From Octopus sinensis (Eukaryota): DNA of 64,000 nucleotides. The notes beneath the pieces were generated by a model. The model was not told where the DNA came from, ran no database searches, and saw only the letters and a program-made list of their open reading frames with translations. Positions 51,155-62,703 of the stretch are shown piece by piece. The first letter of the stretch is position 1, and the number at the start of each line of letters is the position of its first letter. The stretch spans positions 71,796,001-71,860,000 of the forward strand of contig NC_043004.1 of the NCBI RefSeq assembly GCF_006345805.1, written 5' to 3'. The translations under genes were made by a program, and so were the position numbers.

Positions 51155-52744
51155 ACTCGACAATAATAGCGGATATATTTTACAAAAACATCAGACATAC
51201 CAATATTTGAAGATTTACTCTAGCCATTCTTCACATATCAATTGGAACATTTGGGAACTAGTTGTTGATAAAAAAAAAATCAAACTTGATTTTGATGAGA
51301 TCAAAGGCTTCCTAAAAAGCCAGAAATTAGCCTTAAAATTTATAATGGACTTACAAAGGTGATGATGCTGGACATTACAGAAGTGAAGACACCGGAGAAA
51401 AATGAGAGAAAATGCTATTCTTTTTATCAGTACACATAATCCAGGAGCAACCAAGAGATTCCAAGTTATATAATAAATCAACATTATTAAAGTTAGTAAT
51501 TGATGTATAATAAAAATTAGATAAATTCCATGGTATATGCAGGAGAACCCCCAAAATCACAAGTGTCCATAGTTTCGAGAGTACAGATATAGAGAGCTGT
51601 GCCGTGATTATAGTGTAGTTTGTTTAGTGATAGGAAAAAATAGAATATGATAGTCTGTAGATATATTCTTCAACAAATATAATAATTTTATAAATAGCAG
51701 AATGCTTAACACCTAAATAAAATATCTAATGTTTTATGTGTATAGTGCAGTTGAAAATTCGGTGTAACAATGATATTCTGATGATCTGAAGAACTAGTCT
51801 TTTATACCTGTATTTTGTAAAATGTATAATAGTACTTTGCAATTTATAGCGTAAACACAATTGCAGACATGTAAAGTAATTTATTATATTCTAAAATAAA
51901 TCATCTTTGCATTATGTTAGCTTCGAAACGGCTGTCGTTTTATGGATATCGCCAGAGTAAAATAAGTACATTCATCTCATTTCTCGTGACATTCTTTAGG
52001 TTATACATACTGCTCATGAAATAATTTTCGTTCCTTGAATTTACTGGCTTTCAACTACATAATACTCCAAAGTAGACTCCTACATATTGGTTTATGATGT
52101 GGTTTGTAGCCAGGTCCAAAAAAGGGGTTCTTTGAAATTATCACAGGATAATATATAAATCCAGGACTTCTCTCCGTGTATAAATCTTTATACACTCATA
52201 TAAAATATTTTATCTGTTATGACTGGTAATAAATCATTTTAATTTTTTACCTTTATACTTATGCAGTGAACGTTTCCAATTCTGAGTTTAAATTTCCTCA
52301 GTTTAAATTTACTTACTGCTGTGCTATTCTGTCTACCCTCACACATTAAGTTGGAATCCATAATATATAAAGATGGAGCTGTCTTGCGTTTGTGTTTGCC
52401 TCGTGTTTTCTGTACGTATTACAACTACATAATAATACATTCTTTAGCGATCGTGCTGACGAGCTACATGTAGTAAATTAATTTATTTGCTCATTAATAG
52501 CGACACTCGAGTATAAGGTTAACCAATTTTTAAATTCAATCTAGTGCCTATAAGCAGCGTGTCTTAAGAATTCCATTTTTAGTGGTTTGGGTGTAACTGC
52601 CCTTTTTAGCATGTAAGAAGTCCTGTCAAAGGACTTGTCTCCGTATATAGATATTTATACGCTCCTAATAAATTATTTAAATTCATTACCCTTAAATATA
52701 TGCAATATATATATATATCGCTACTGATGTGCACATCAGTAGCG

Positions 52745-53040
52745 AGGTCCGGCGTGAGGGATGTCAATGCAGAATATACACGCAGCAAGTTTAGATGGGC
52801 TGGACACGTCGCCCGTTTCACCGATAATCGGTGGACCCGGGCAGTTGCCGAGTGGTACCCGCGCGAGCGGAAACGACCACTCGGAAGGCCTCCACGACGG
52901 TGGAGTTACGATTTCAGAAGCAGGATTGGGATCACGTGGATTAGAAAGGCGCGATCCAGTGAGGAGTGGACAGCGTGCTGTGACCAGCAGTGTCAAATGG
53001 ACGCCCTCCGGACTGGTCGGTCAAGGTGATCAAGGTGATA
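52745..53040 (+). mobile_element. RTE-clade LINE 3' end
   Basis: KFRWAGHVARFTDNRWTRAVAEWYPRERKRPLGRPPRRWS; tail (tcaaggtga)2. Confidence 0.85.
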
Positions 53041-54544
53041 CACACACACACATATATATTAACAAATTGAGTCAAACGCAGTTGTTATTGAAATCATACA
53101 GTCAAACGCAGGTGGTATTCAAATCATTTATACCTCCAACATATGTTTCAAAGAAAGCATTAGAATTATTCCAGAGGGAATAAATCTCAATGCTTTCTTC
53201 CAAAAATATTTTGCATGTATGATTTCAATAACAACTGCGTTTGACTCAATTTGTTAATATATATGTGTGTGTGTGTATCACCTTGATCACCTTGACCGAC
53301 CAGTCCGGCGGGCGTCCATTTGACAATTTAGAAAAACTAGATAAAGCAAAACTCTCCAACACTACTTAATATACATAACGAGGCACTAAACACATGCAAC
53401 TACCGCTTTTATCACAAATTTAAATTCTACCACGAATCCAAATGCCAGAATGACCGTACTGTACATTTCCGCAATAATTCTTGGGTAATCCCATTAAATT
53501 TGCACTCTAACTCATAATCCCTATCTTGTTTCTCACATATACAACCATCTGATTATATTCATATGTACGCGCATACACCCATGCGCGCGTATATATGTAA
53601 AAGTGAGGGTATGCATATATGCATGCATGTGGGTATATATAAACATATGTACACATGCAAGGTTATATATACCTCCATATGCAGGGGCGATGATACACAC
53701 AGATGTGCGTATAAGTGAGCGTGTATGAGGGCATACGCATGCGAATAAGGATTGTATATGTAACTTATCTGATATATTCATGTTTATACATCTTCCCATA
53801 TATATTTTCTCAGACTACTAAACACTGAACTGTTATTTCCTTAATTCTTCATATATTTGCCTCACAATTAGAAGCTACTACTACACATTGGTCTTTCCTC
53901 TGCCTCTTAACCCCCGCCTCTATCTTACGCTATAATACCTTTCCCTCTCTATCCCCACACCTTCTTTCAAATTACCTCCACTGACCACTGACTGATCTAT
54001 ATCTTAATTGTTCTTTTTTCTTTAATCCCTTTATTCATATCTTCAGGGTTTTTATTCTTTATCTCTTTTTTTTTATTATTTGGTTATTTTTACTAATCTT
54101 CTCTATCCTTTCTCTTTCATTCTTTCTTTCTCTATTCTTTTTCTCTTTTTTTTTCTCTTTATTTCATTCCTCTCTTCTTGTTTTCAATTTAACCATATTA
54201 ATACACTCCCTATTGCTAGGTCATTTTAAATACAAACCTTGCCTCTGCAACACTGTATATAGATTCCCTTCTGGGAATGACCAAGTTTAAAAATCTGCTG
54301 GATCTCACTCATAAGGGAATCTCACATTGCTTATAAACTCTATATTTGGAAGGAGCCATATTAAACTCTGTTCGTCTTTTGGAATTTACTCAAAGGATAT
54401 TGGAATATTGCATATATACAGTTACGCCTCTAAAACGGATCTACAAATTCAATACCCATACATATCCTACATCCATTTTCTTTCCTCCACCTCATTCTCT
54501 ATTTTGTATGACATCGAAATTAACTATGACTTTCCTCTCACACC

Positions 54545-54596
54545 GTCTTCGATGAAGGGATATTATTAATTAATATCCTAGAAATAGCTGTAAGAC
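54545..54596 (+). ncRNA. Degenerate type I hammerhead (PLE pLTR-type)
   Basis: gtctt cgatga aggGATATT attaatt AATATCCt a GAAA tagctg TA agac; core lacks the U of CUGA, so probably inactive. Confidence 0.5.
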
Positions 54597-54722
54597 TTTC
54601 TATCTATAAATGCTCTAAATCTATACAGCCTTGGTTTTTTATCTTATTACGCAAAAAATTCTTATATATATATGAATAAATGAAAGAATGGAGTCGAACG
54701 ACGATTTTAACAAAATTATTTT

Positions 54723-54807
54723 TCTCTCGACACATGTTTCGAAGGCTGCATATTCCTAATTCCGAAGGAATAAAGGGTGCATTATGCCGCCATCTCATCA
54801 GGAAAGA
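54723..54807 (-). ncRNA. Type I hammerhead with extended stem II (PLE pLTR-type)
   Basis: Minus strand: tctttc CTGATGA gatggc...gccttc GAAA catgt GTC gagaga; palindromic acatgt at stem III; GUC triplet. Confidence 0.75.
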
Positions 54808-55377
54808 CAAGGAACTTATGTCAGCACCATGAAGAGCAAAAATGTTTAGATGACTGCCCACATGATGTCCACAGTAATAATGAGTGTTTCTTTAAAATAT
54901 CCCGTTATAAGCAATGACGTCAAAGTTGGTTGGATGGAGAATGTTCTAAAGAGTTCAAGAGTTCAAATTTGGTTGGGAGGAGAAAGCTCTAGGAAGGGGA
55001 TAGAGTGCAAGCTGTATTTTATGGGGATGCGTGTGTGTATTCTATTGTTAATGAGTTTGAGTGCTTGTGTGTGTGTATGTATATAACTGGATTCGTGCCT
55101 GTGTGTGTGTGCGTGACTGTGTGTGTAGGGTGACAAATGTCAGAAACATTTAGTAGTGAGGTGACAGATTTGTGTCTGTGTGTTCGATTGTGGGTATGAT
55201 AGAGAGAGAGAGGAATAGAGAGAGGTGGGGAGATGCAGAAAAAAAGAGGAAAACATATCCCAACAAATTTAGTAGTAATTCTTCATGTAATGTAGTAGAA
55301 AAAAAGAAATTGTCTATGCTGGTGTTGTAGAAGTGAAACTAAATTATTAAATTCAAAGAGGTTATCTATACTAATCA

Positions 55378-55655
55378 TCATTCATATGAGAGGAAAGTAT
55401 GTCTCTGCCAATGTTTGCACTTATAGAATTTTTCTATAATTGTGTTTACCAAGGGGAATTTGGAGAAAAGGATAAAGAAGAGTTCGGAATTACAAAGGCC
55501 ACAGAATTTCCTGCCCTTATCAAAAGGAAAAGATACAGATAATATGGACCAGTCCAGTTTGAAAGTTATATTGCTGTCCTTAAGACGCCAAACTAATTTA
55601 CTTAGTCCTGTAATCTGTTGTTTTCTCTTATCTCGGAAAGTTGAATAATGATTGG
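55378..55655 (-). pseudogene. PLE GIY-YIG endonuclease C-terminal half (Naiad/Neptune-type)
   Basis: RISNHYSTF...LSKLVWRLK...WSIL...KFCGLCNSE...KCKH pattern. Confidence 0.75.
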
Positions 55656-55734
55656 AAATTCTCTGGGACAAACGATATATATATATATATACATACATGT
55701 ATATAAACATATACAGATATATACATACATACAT

Positions 55735-55814
<80 letters not shown>

Positions 55815-55819
<5 letters not shown>

Positions 55820-57240
55820 AATACTGACTTAAATCTTCCAGGAATCCACCACCTATTCCTTCGAGAAAATCCTTTTCGAACTTATTAGAAAAATTAAATT
55901 CGGTAAATATAGCAACCAATTACAGAGAAATATGAAAGAAAAAAATTAAGGAAATTAACAACTGGAATAAGATCTTCGTTAATTCTGATAAGACAAGAAA
56001 CTTATGTGCACTTGATAGGGACGTTTACAAGCGTCGAATTTCGAATAGCGTCACAGATTCATACAAGAAAGATAACACAAATATATACATAGAGGTGAAT
56101 TTGGAAGCAAGAAGAATAGCTAACAATCTTAAGATTAGCGATAGGATAGAATATCTTTCCCCGAGACCCGCTTATATTACCCTAAAGACCATGAAGCCAA
56201 TTTTAATAGAAAGCTCAAATGTAGATTGATCAATCCGGATAAAACTGAAATAGGCATTATTAGCAAATATGTTTTGGATCGTATTTTAACTGAGTTAGAT
56301 AGTTCAATTAGATTTCAGAATTTGGAAGAATAGTAAGTCAGTTATAGAATGGTTTAAAGGGATTAACTATAAGCATAATTGCAATTTATTGACTTTTACC
56401 CATCAATATCTAGGACTTTACTCCTAAGGGCATTAGACGTCGCCATGCAGTATGTCAACATCGATAACTCGGAATTGATATTATCACACATACGAAGAAA
56501 TCACTTCTTTTTTTTTTCGAGGATTCCACCTCGGTTAAGAAGAGTGAAGATTCTCTTTTCGATGTCCTTATGGGGGCATACGACGGGGTTGAGTTATGTA
56601 TGCTCATGGGAGCCTATATTCTACATAATCTAAAACTAGAATTCCCGTTTATAGATGCAGGTTTATATAGGGATGACGGCCTTATAGCCACCCATAATTT
56701 GAACGGCCATGAATCAGATAAACTTAGAAAGGACCTTATTGCTTTCTTCCAAAGGATGGGCTTACGGGTTACGAGAGATACTAACCTGAAAAGTGTAGAT
56801 TTTTTAGATGTAAATTTGGATTTAAGGTCGGGTAAATTAAAAACTTACCGTAAGCCTAATGATAAGCTAACTTATATTAGCAAAGAATCAAATCATCTCC
56901 CAGTTATTCTTAGGAACTTAGTCAGCAATGTAGGTAGACGAATATCGTCAATTTTTTGGATGAGGTAGCATTCCGTAGTGCTGCACCTTATTACGATAGC
57001 GCATTAAGGAATAGTGGATTCTCTGAGAAGATCCAGTATAACCAACTTAATGCTAGTAGTAATGCTGGTTCAACCCAGATTTCAATTTGGCCGTAAAAAC
57101 AAACATAGGGAATTCTTGAAATTAGTCTCTAGGCATTTTCAACAGGATCATAAATTGTATAGAATATTTTATAGAAGAACTATTAAGATCAGATATTCTT
57201 GCTGCAGAAACTTCGCCTCTTTCGTTAACCAACACAACAG
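55815..57240 (+). pseudogene. Penelope-like element reverse transcriptase (Naiad/Neptune-type), frameshifted
   Basis: SDKTRNL, CRLINP, DFYPSI, MGAYDGVELC, GLYRDDGL, VDFLDVNLDL, YRKPN, SNH motifs. Confidence 0.88.
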
Positions 57241-57469
57241 TTAATTTATTGATAACTAGCATTAAATACCCGTCGTTGCCGAGTCATAGTGCTAGTGCAT
57301 GTATATATGAGTATATATATGTGTACATATTACATGTACATCTATATATAGACATCTACACATAAAATACAAAATACAAAGTTATATCTTGATATCGCTA
57401 GTGATAACAATACTCAAAATATATAACAGACTGGAATTGTTAGCCCGTCTATTGTAATTTCGATCAATT

Positions 57470-57737
57470 GTATCTTGTCCTCCCTCTTGTATAGAAGTGT
57501 GGCTACAATCGAGCCCACCTCTACTTCGGGAATGGGGGGAGGGCATTTAAAATTTTTTTCCGGGACGTCCTACGTCCCAGATATAAAGGTAAAAGTAAGA
57601 TATTTCCACTTTGCAAGTTCGAGTCGAGTACTCCCTTGCACTCGAACGTTGCTTCTATTGTGGCGAATTTACCGCCTCTGATTAGATATCTTTCATAGTC
57701 GCACCAAGACACTTTTCGAAGGTGCTTTCCTCCATGT
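57470..57737 (-). mobile_element. Tx1-type ORF1 fragment
   Basis: YLIRGGKFATIEATF...NILLLPLYLGRRTS aligns with YINRGKKYGTVEVRF...NIVLLPLYRGKRTS of ORF1 at 62489-61368. Confidence 0.7.
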
Positions 57738-57980
57738 TGTTTTATTATTACCCACTAGGGGCGAACATAGATGGGACAATAAATCTGATGTGGGGTCAGA
57801 CACACGGATGGGTTTTTACAATAAATCGAATTTAAAAATTTACATGAAATTACAAAATAGACACAAAATCGAATGATGGAACAGACCGGAAGACATTACG
57901 GGTGGAGTGGGTGCGGGTTTAGCTCGGACCCCACGAGCCCCGCCTCCCCACTGATACTTTTGGTTTCGTTTGGTTTACAT

Positions 57981-60900
57981 TTATGTTGTATCTTTCACTC
58001 GCAACTTTCGTGCTACATCTTTCCATCGTTCTTCATACACTCTCCTAGTCAGGCATATTCTCTCCAGCCCTATCTTCCTTTTCAGGTGAAAGATGAAATA
58101 ATTCATCAAATCAGGGCCGGAGATGAACTTGCCTGACTGTAGACCTTTCATTCTCGTCTTCCATATCACCTCTTTCGCAATTGCTACTACAACGAGAAAA
58201 CAAAACTTACCTTCTTTCGCGAGGAAATCCGGTGGGTCAATTTTTGTAATCGACTCAGTCGACAGCTGTACTCTTCGTGTACCTGACAACAGCTGTTCGG
58301 CATAAACCCACACCTCAGACACGTCCGGACAATGAACAATAGCGTGCGGTACGGTTTCCCTATCCCGCCCGCATCTTGGACATATCGGACTGTCTTGGCC
58401 ACCGTGCCTTGCGAGTTTATCCCGAACAGGTAGAGCTCCTCTGTAGCATTGCCATGCCAGAGATTTCTGGAAGTTGTCCAGTGTCCTCGGCTTGAACGTA
58501 CGTCGGAACAGACTGGCCAGCTGATTATCGTCGAAACCTAGGGTTTCCCGCAAGGTATCTTCACATTCCGCCTCTACCAACCCTCTATAGAAGAATGTGG
58601 TGGAACCCCCACCGCAGGCGTTGCCCGAGCGACGGAATAGCAGGAATAGCAAGTACCAAGTTTCGATCTACGATTCAGCCAGGTTTCCCATCCACCGAAA
58701 CTAGTGAACTTGGGAAACATCAGTTTTGCTAGCGAAGACCACACCCGTTCACCATCCAGGTAGAGCCACAGATGTCTTAACCTCAGCGCATGTCTGCGCA
58801 TCATCAGCCAAGGCATCCCTAGCCCACCCTTTAACGGTTGTTGACAGCAAGTAGAGCGTTTCACAAGTGGTTTCCGGCCCTTCCACAAGAAGTAGAAGAG
58901 CTGTCTTTCCAACTTGATCAACCACGAATCAGGGCAAGGAACGACGGAAAGCGGTAGGTGATAACCGATGCGATAAACACATTGGCCAACTCCGCCCTCC
59001 CTTTCAGGATAGCCACCGCCAAGACCAGGTCTTGGCTACTGCAGCCACCTTGCTCGTTACCTCGCCCCAATTCTTCTCTATTTGGAGGTCTGGACCGAAC
59101 CAGACCCCTAGCAATTTAATCGGACCCTCCGTCCAACGTCCCACGACGCTGTCAGGAGGCATCGACTTGCCTCTCCAGGTGCCGAGTTGCAAGCCGACTG
59201 ACTTTTCGCGATTAACTTTTGCTCCTGTCACCGTCTCGTAAACCTCTATGACCTTGCCTACTTTACATAGGTGGTCCATTTCGGTTACGATGATGGTGAT
59301 GTCATCCGCGTACGCTAACACTGATTTTCCATTACCTGGCTGTCTCGGGATGCCGCTCAGTTTTCGCAGTAATGGCTCTAGAGCCATCACATACAAAAGC
59401 GGGGAGAGCGGACACCCTTGACGAACCGAGCGTTTGATTTTGAACGGCTTCGACAAGAAGCCGTTCACCCGAACTACCGAGTCGATGTTATCATAAATTT
59501 GGATAATCCACCTGAGGAAGCCAAGGCTCAGCCCGAACTGTGCCAGGGCAGATACCAGGTAACGATGGTCGACCCTATCAAAAGCTTTAGATTGGTCTAA
59601 ATTGACCAGTGCCCCACCCTTGCCAGAATCACTATTAAACCCCTCTATAGTGTACCGCATTAGATGGAGATTATCCTGAATGGTTCTGCCCGGAACGGCA
59701 CATGTCTGTGCCTCCCCGATCAGACCATCCGCGACACGCGCCAATCTTTTCGATAACGCTTTGGCCAAAATCTTCAACTCTGTGTTTAGCAGAGTGATGG
59801 GCCTGAAATTATCAATACACTCCCCCTTGCTCGGGTCCTTTCTGACGAGTGTCACTACTCCCCGGCGCACAGATCTGGGTATAAGCCCGTTCTGCTGCCA
59901 GTTCGCATAGACCTCCGCCAGTAGGTGCCCGAACAAGTCTGGCATACTCTTATATAACTCATAGGGTAGACCATCCAAACCCGGCGCCTTGCCCGCGCCG
60001 CAGTCCGCCATTGCCTCAACCACTTCCTCAGGCGTGATTGGCCCTTCACAGCCCTCCGCATCTCGCCCCGATAAGCGCGGCAGCCCGTCGAGTAGGTCCG
60101 TCCGTAAAGGCCCTCCTCCTATCCAGTCCGCCGCACTCACCGAAAAGCTGAGCGAAGTGCTCCTGAAAGGCCTCACACATCTCCTCGGGTTCGTTTATCA
60201 ACTCACCTTGTTGGTTCGTCAAAGATCGAATCGTGGCATCGTTACCATGCTGTGCTTCCACCACTCGGGCCCATCTCACGGCGTTATTCCTTCTCATCCC
60301 ATATGGAATATTCTAGCCCTGACAATGCAGCCCATGTGTTTGGCCTCGAGGTGCTGGTTTAACACCAGTCTCTTGGACGCCACCTGAGCCGCAGAGCCAG
60401 TTTTCAAGGCTTTCTCTAATTCCTTAACTAGAGTAGTTTCCCTTCTAGCCTCTCTAGCCACTACTCCTATGCTATATCTAATTGACTCAAAATTGATGGC
60501 TCGTTTGAGGGCGTACCACCATTTGTTATTAATGATGGTACCAGATAGTGCCCTCTGAATTATATTCCTAATCCGGTCTTTGTACTCCTTAATCGCCAAA
60601 AGGGACGTATTAAGTTTCCAGTAACCGGATCCTCTATTTTTAACCTTATCTATGTCAAGCTTACAAGTGACCATTTTATGATCACTGTAGCTGATCGGGT
60701 AAAACTGTGGACACTTAGCTATTTTACTGTCTACTTTTCTAATTAGAATTCTATCTAAATATGACCTGGAAGATCCGTCGCTGTTTGACCATGTCCACAA
60801 TGGAGCGTTCGGAAATTCCAGCCTATAAGGATCTGCTAGCTCAAAGCGGCTTAGCAGATCCATGAAGCCACTGTTACCTTTTCTATCTGAACGCGAGCCA

Positions 60901-61358
60901 ACACAATATACATCCGCTTTGCAAATTGTGTTAAAGTCTCCTAGCACAACTAATGAATGCGAAGTACCAAGAAAGTTTTCTAGTTCACGAAAATAATCAC
61001 TTTGCCCTGTATGGTTGGGTGCGTAAATTGCAACCAGTCTGATAACTTTACCATTACTGAACGTCAAATCCATGACGACCAGCCTACCTTCTGGATCTGC
61101 AAAAATTAACTTTTTCTCAGAAACCCGGTTTCTTTTTATTAGGACCAACACCCCACTTCCGCCAGTAGGACTGCCAGGAGAGAAAAAACTCTCGTAGCCG
61201 TCAAACAGCGGGAGTAGACCTCTTGGCCCCTCTAACCAGGTTTCTGTAGCAACAATAACATCTAAATTACGCGACCTGATATCATGCAGGAAGCGACCTT
61301 GCTTCCAGCCTGCTCCCAGGCCGCGCACATTCAAACAACCAACATAAATGTAATCCAT
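57981..61358 (-). pseudogene. Tx1/L1 ORF2 (APE endonuclease, RT, Cys-rich C-terminus), several frameshifts
   Basis: GCLNVRGL, ATETW, LGDFN, YLDRILI, SDHKMV; KAPGLDGLP, LDQSKAFDRVDH, QGCPLSPLLY, AYADD; CPRCG..ETVPHAIVHC. Confidence 0.92.
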
Positions 61359-61367
61359 TACTTACCT

Positions 61368-62489
61368 TTATATCAGTGGTTCGGTTTTCTCTCGTTCTTC
61401 CAACTCTTTTTCTGGGCCTCGCGGGGAAGTCTGACGTAGGCCCTCGAATATATGTGGAGATGTCACCTCCAATCTAAGTGGGCCTACGTCGTGGGAGAAG
61501 TCGGATTTTATCCGCCCGTAATCCTTCCGGCCTATTCTGTAGATCACAAAGTCATTTTTCTCTTCCACTTTCTCTACCTTGGCCATAGCAGCCAACACGT
61601 TTCCTAGTCTGCTATTCGCTGCCTTTACGGCCATATATGAGTCCATTGTCTCTCTTTTCTTGCCGCAGCCGAAGCACCTCGGCCTCTTGCCCTCCACGAA
61701 AACAGTTATTTTTTCCTCTTCGCTAATTTTTACTGTTTCTGGAATTTCTTCCAGTGTTTGTGTCTCCGCCTGAATGGCTATCACTATCTTTTGTCCTTTC
61801 CAGAACTCCTCTTCTTCCACTGTGGCCTGGAGGATGTTTATTTTTTCCTCCAGGCCTACCATCACTGCTGCCACCAGACATTCTGCATCTGCCTCTGGGG
61901 GAATGTTGTTCATTGTTATTTTTGATGTCCGCTTTCCTCTATATAATGGTAATAGGACGATGTTTTCTGCTTTGAAAGTCTCCATTGATAGTTTTTTCGC
62001 TATCTCTTCAGAGGTAAAACGCACCTCCACTGTGCCGTATTTTTTACCTCTGTTTATATATGTTATTTTGTCCATTATTGGTTTCAAACATAACTCTATT
62101 TTTTTCTCCTCGATTTTCTGAATCATTCTTGTAGCTGTGTTGTACGTTTTGTAAATAATTATTTTCCTCTCTATATCTTCATGTTTCTGTACGTCTGCGA
62201 CCACAGTCACTTCCGTGCCCTCTTTCTTTACACTGTCTGCGAATTTTTCTAGATTTTCCACGTTTATTGTTTTAATTTTTTTCCCAGCTACTTCAGCGAA
62301 TTTTTTCGCTGGAGTTGATGCTGGTATTGATTTTTCTATTTTTTTGGGCGACGCCGCCTCCTTTTTCTTCGGCGATAACGCCTCTTTTTTTCTTGGCGAC
62401 AACGCCTCTTTTTTTCCTGATGTCAACGCCGGGTATTCGTCCTCGCTCGTCACGGGCGAATAGGAGATGGGGGACTCCATCTTAAACAA
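61368..62489 (-). CDS. Tx1/L1 ORF1 (RNA-binding/Gag-like), zinc knuckle truncated
   Basis: 373-aa open frame directly upstream of ORF2; Lys-rich N-terminus, VEGKRPRCFGCG lacking the H and C of a CCHC knuckle. Confidence 0.8.
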   Translation of the reverse strand: MFKMESPISYSPVTSEDEYPALTSGKKEALSPRKKEALSPKKKEAASPKKIEKSIPASTPAKKFAEVAGKKIKTINVENLEKFADSVKKEGTEVTVVADVQKHEDIERKIIIYKTYNTATRMIQKIEEKKIELCLKPIMDKITYINRGKKYGTVEVRFTSEEIAKKLSMETFKAENIVLLPLYRGKRTSKITMNNIPPEADAECLVAAVMVGLEEKINILQATVEEEEFWKGQKIVIAIQAETQTLEEIPETVKISEEEKITVFVEGKRPRCFGCGKKRETMDSYMAVKAANSRLGNVLAAMAKVEKVEEKNDFVIYRIGRKDYGRIKSDFSHDVGPLRLEVTSPHIFEGLRQTSPRGPEKELEEREKTEPLI

Positions 62490-62703
62490 ATGGCTTTAAC
62501 AAGCCTTTGGAGATTCCAAAATAATTGTAGTTTCCCCCCACGGAGGGGGGAACACCAACGCGAAGTCCTCGCGCGAAGGCTGACTTCTTCAGTTAAACAA
62601 CAGTAAACAAACAGGTATACAAACAATATAGAAAAACAGAGATAATACTATGAGAGCAGAATATATAACTTACTAACAGACGCAAAAATAGCTTTCTCCA
62701 TGT

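Larger units (their letters stand above)
57738..62690 (-). mobile_element. Near full-length Tx1/L1-clade LINE (ORF1 + ORF2) with 13-14 bp flanking direct repeat
   Basis: 5' UTR, ORF1, ORF2, 3' UTR and tail tgtcccatctatgttcgcccctagtgggtaataataaaac; gctttcctccatgt (57724-57737) vs gctttctccatgt (62691-62703). Confidence 0.92.

Noticed and set aside
51770-51810. ctgatgatctgaagaactagtc hammerhead-like string
   Set aside because: GAAA and stem I pairing are missing.
57255-57296. actagca...tgctagt mini inverted repeat resembling a Helitron/Helentron end
   Set aside because: Only 42 bp, with no second terminus or other copy in the window.
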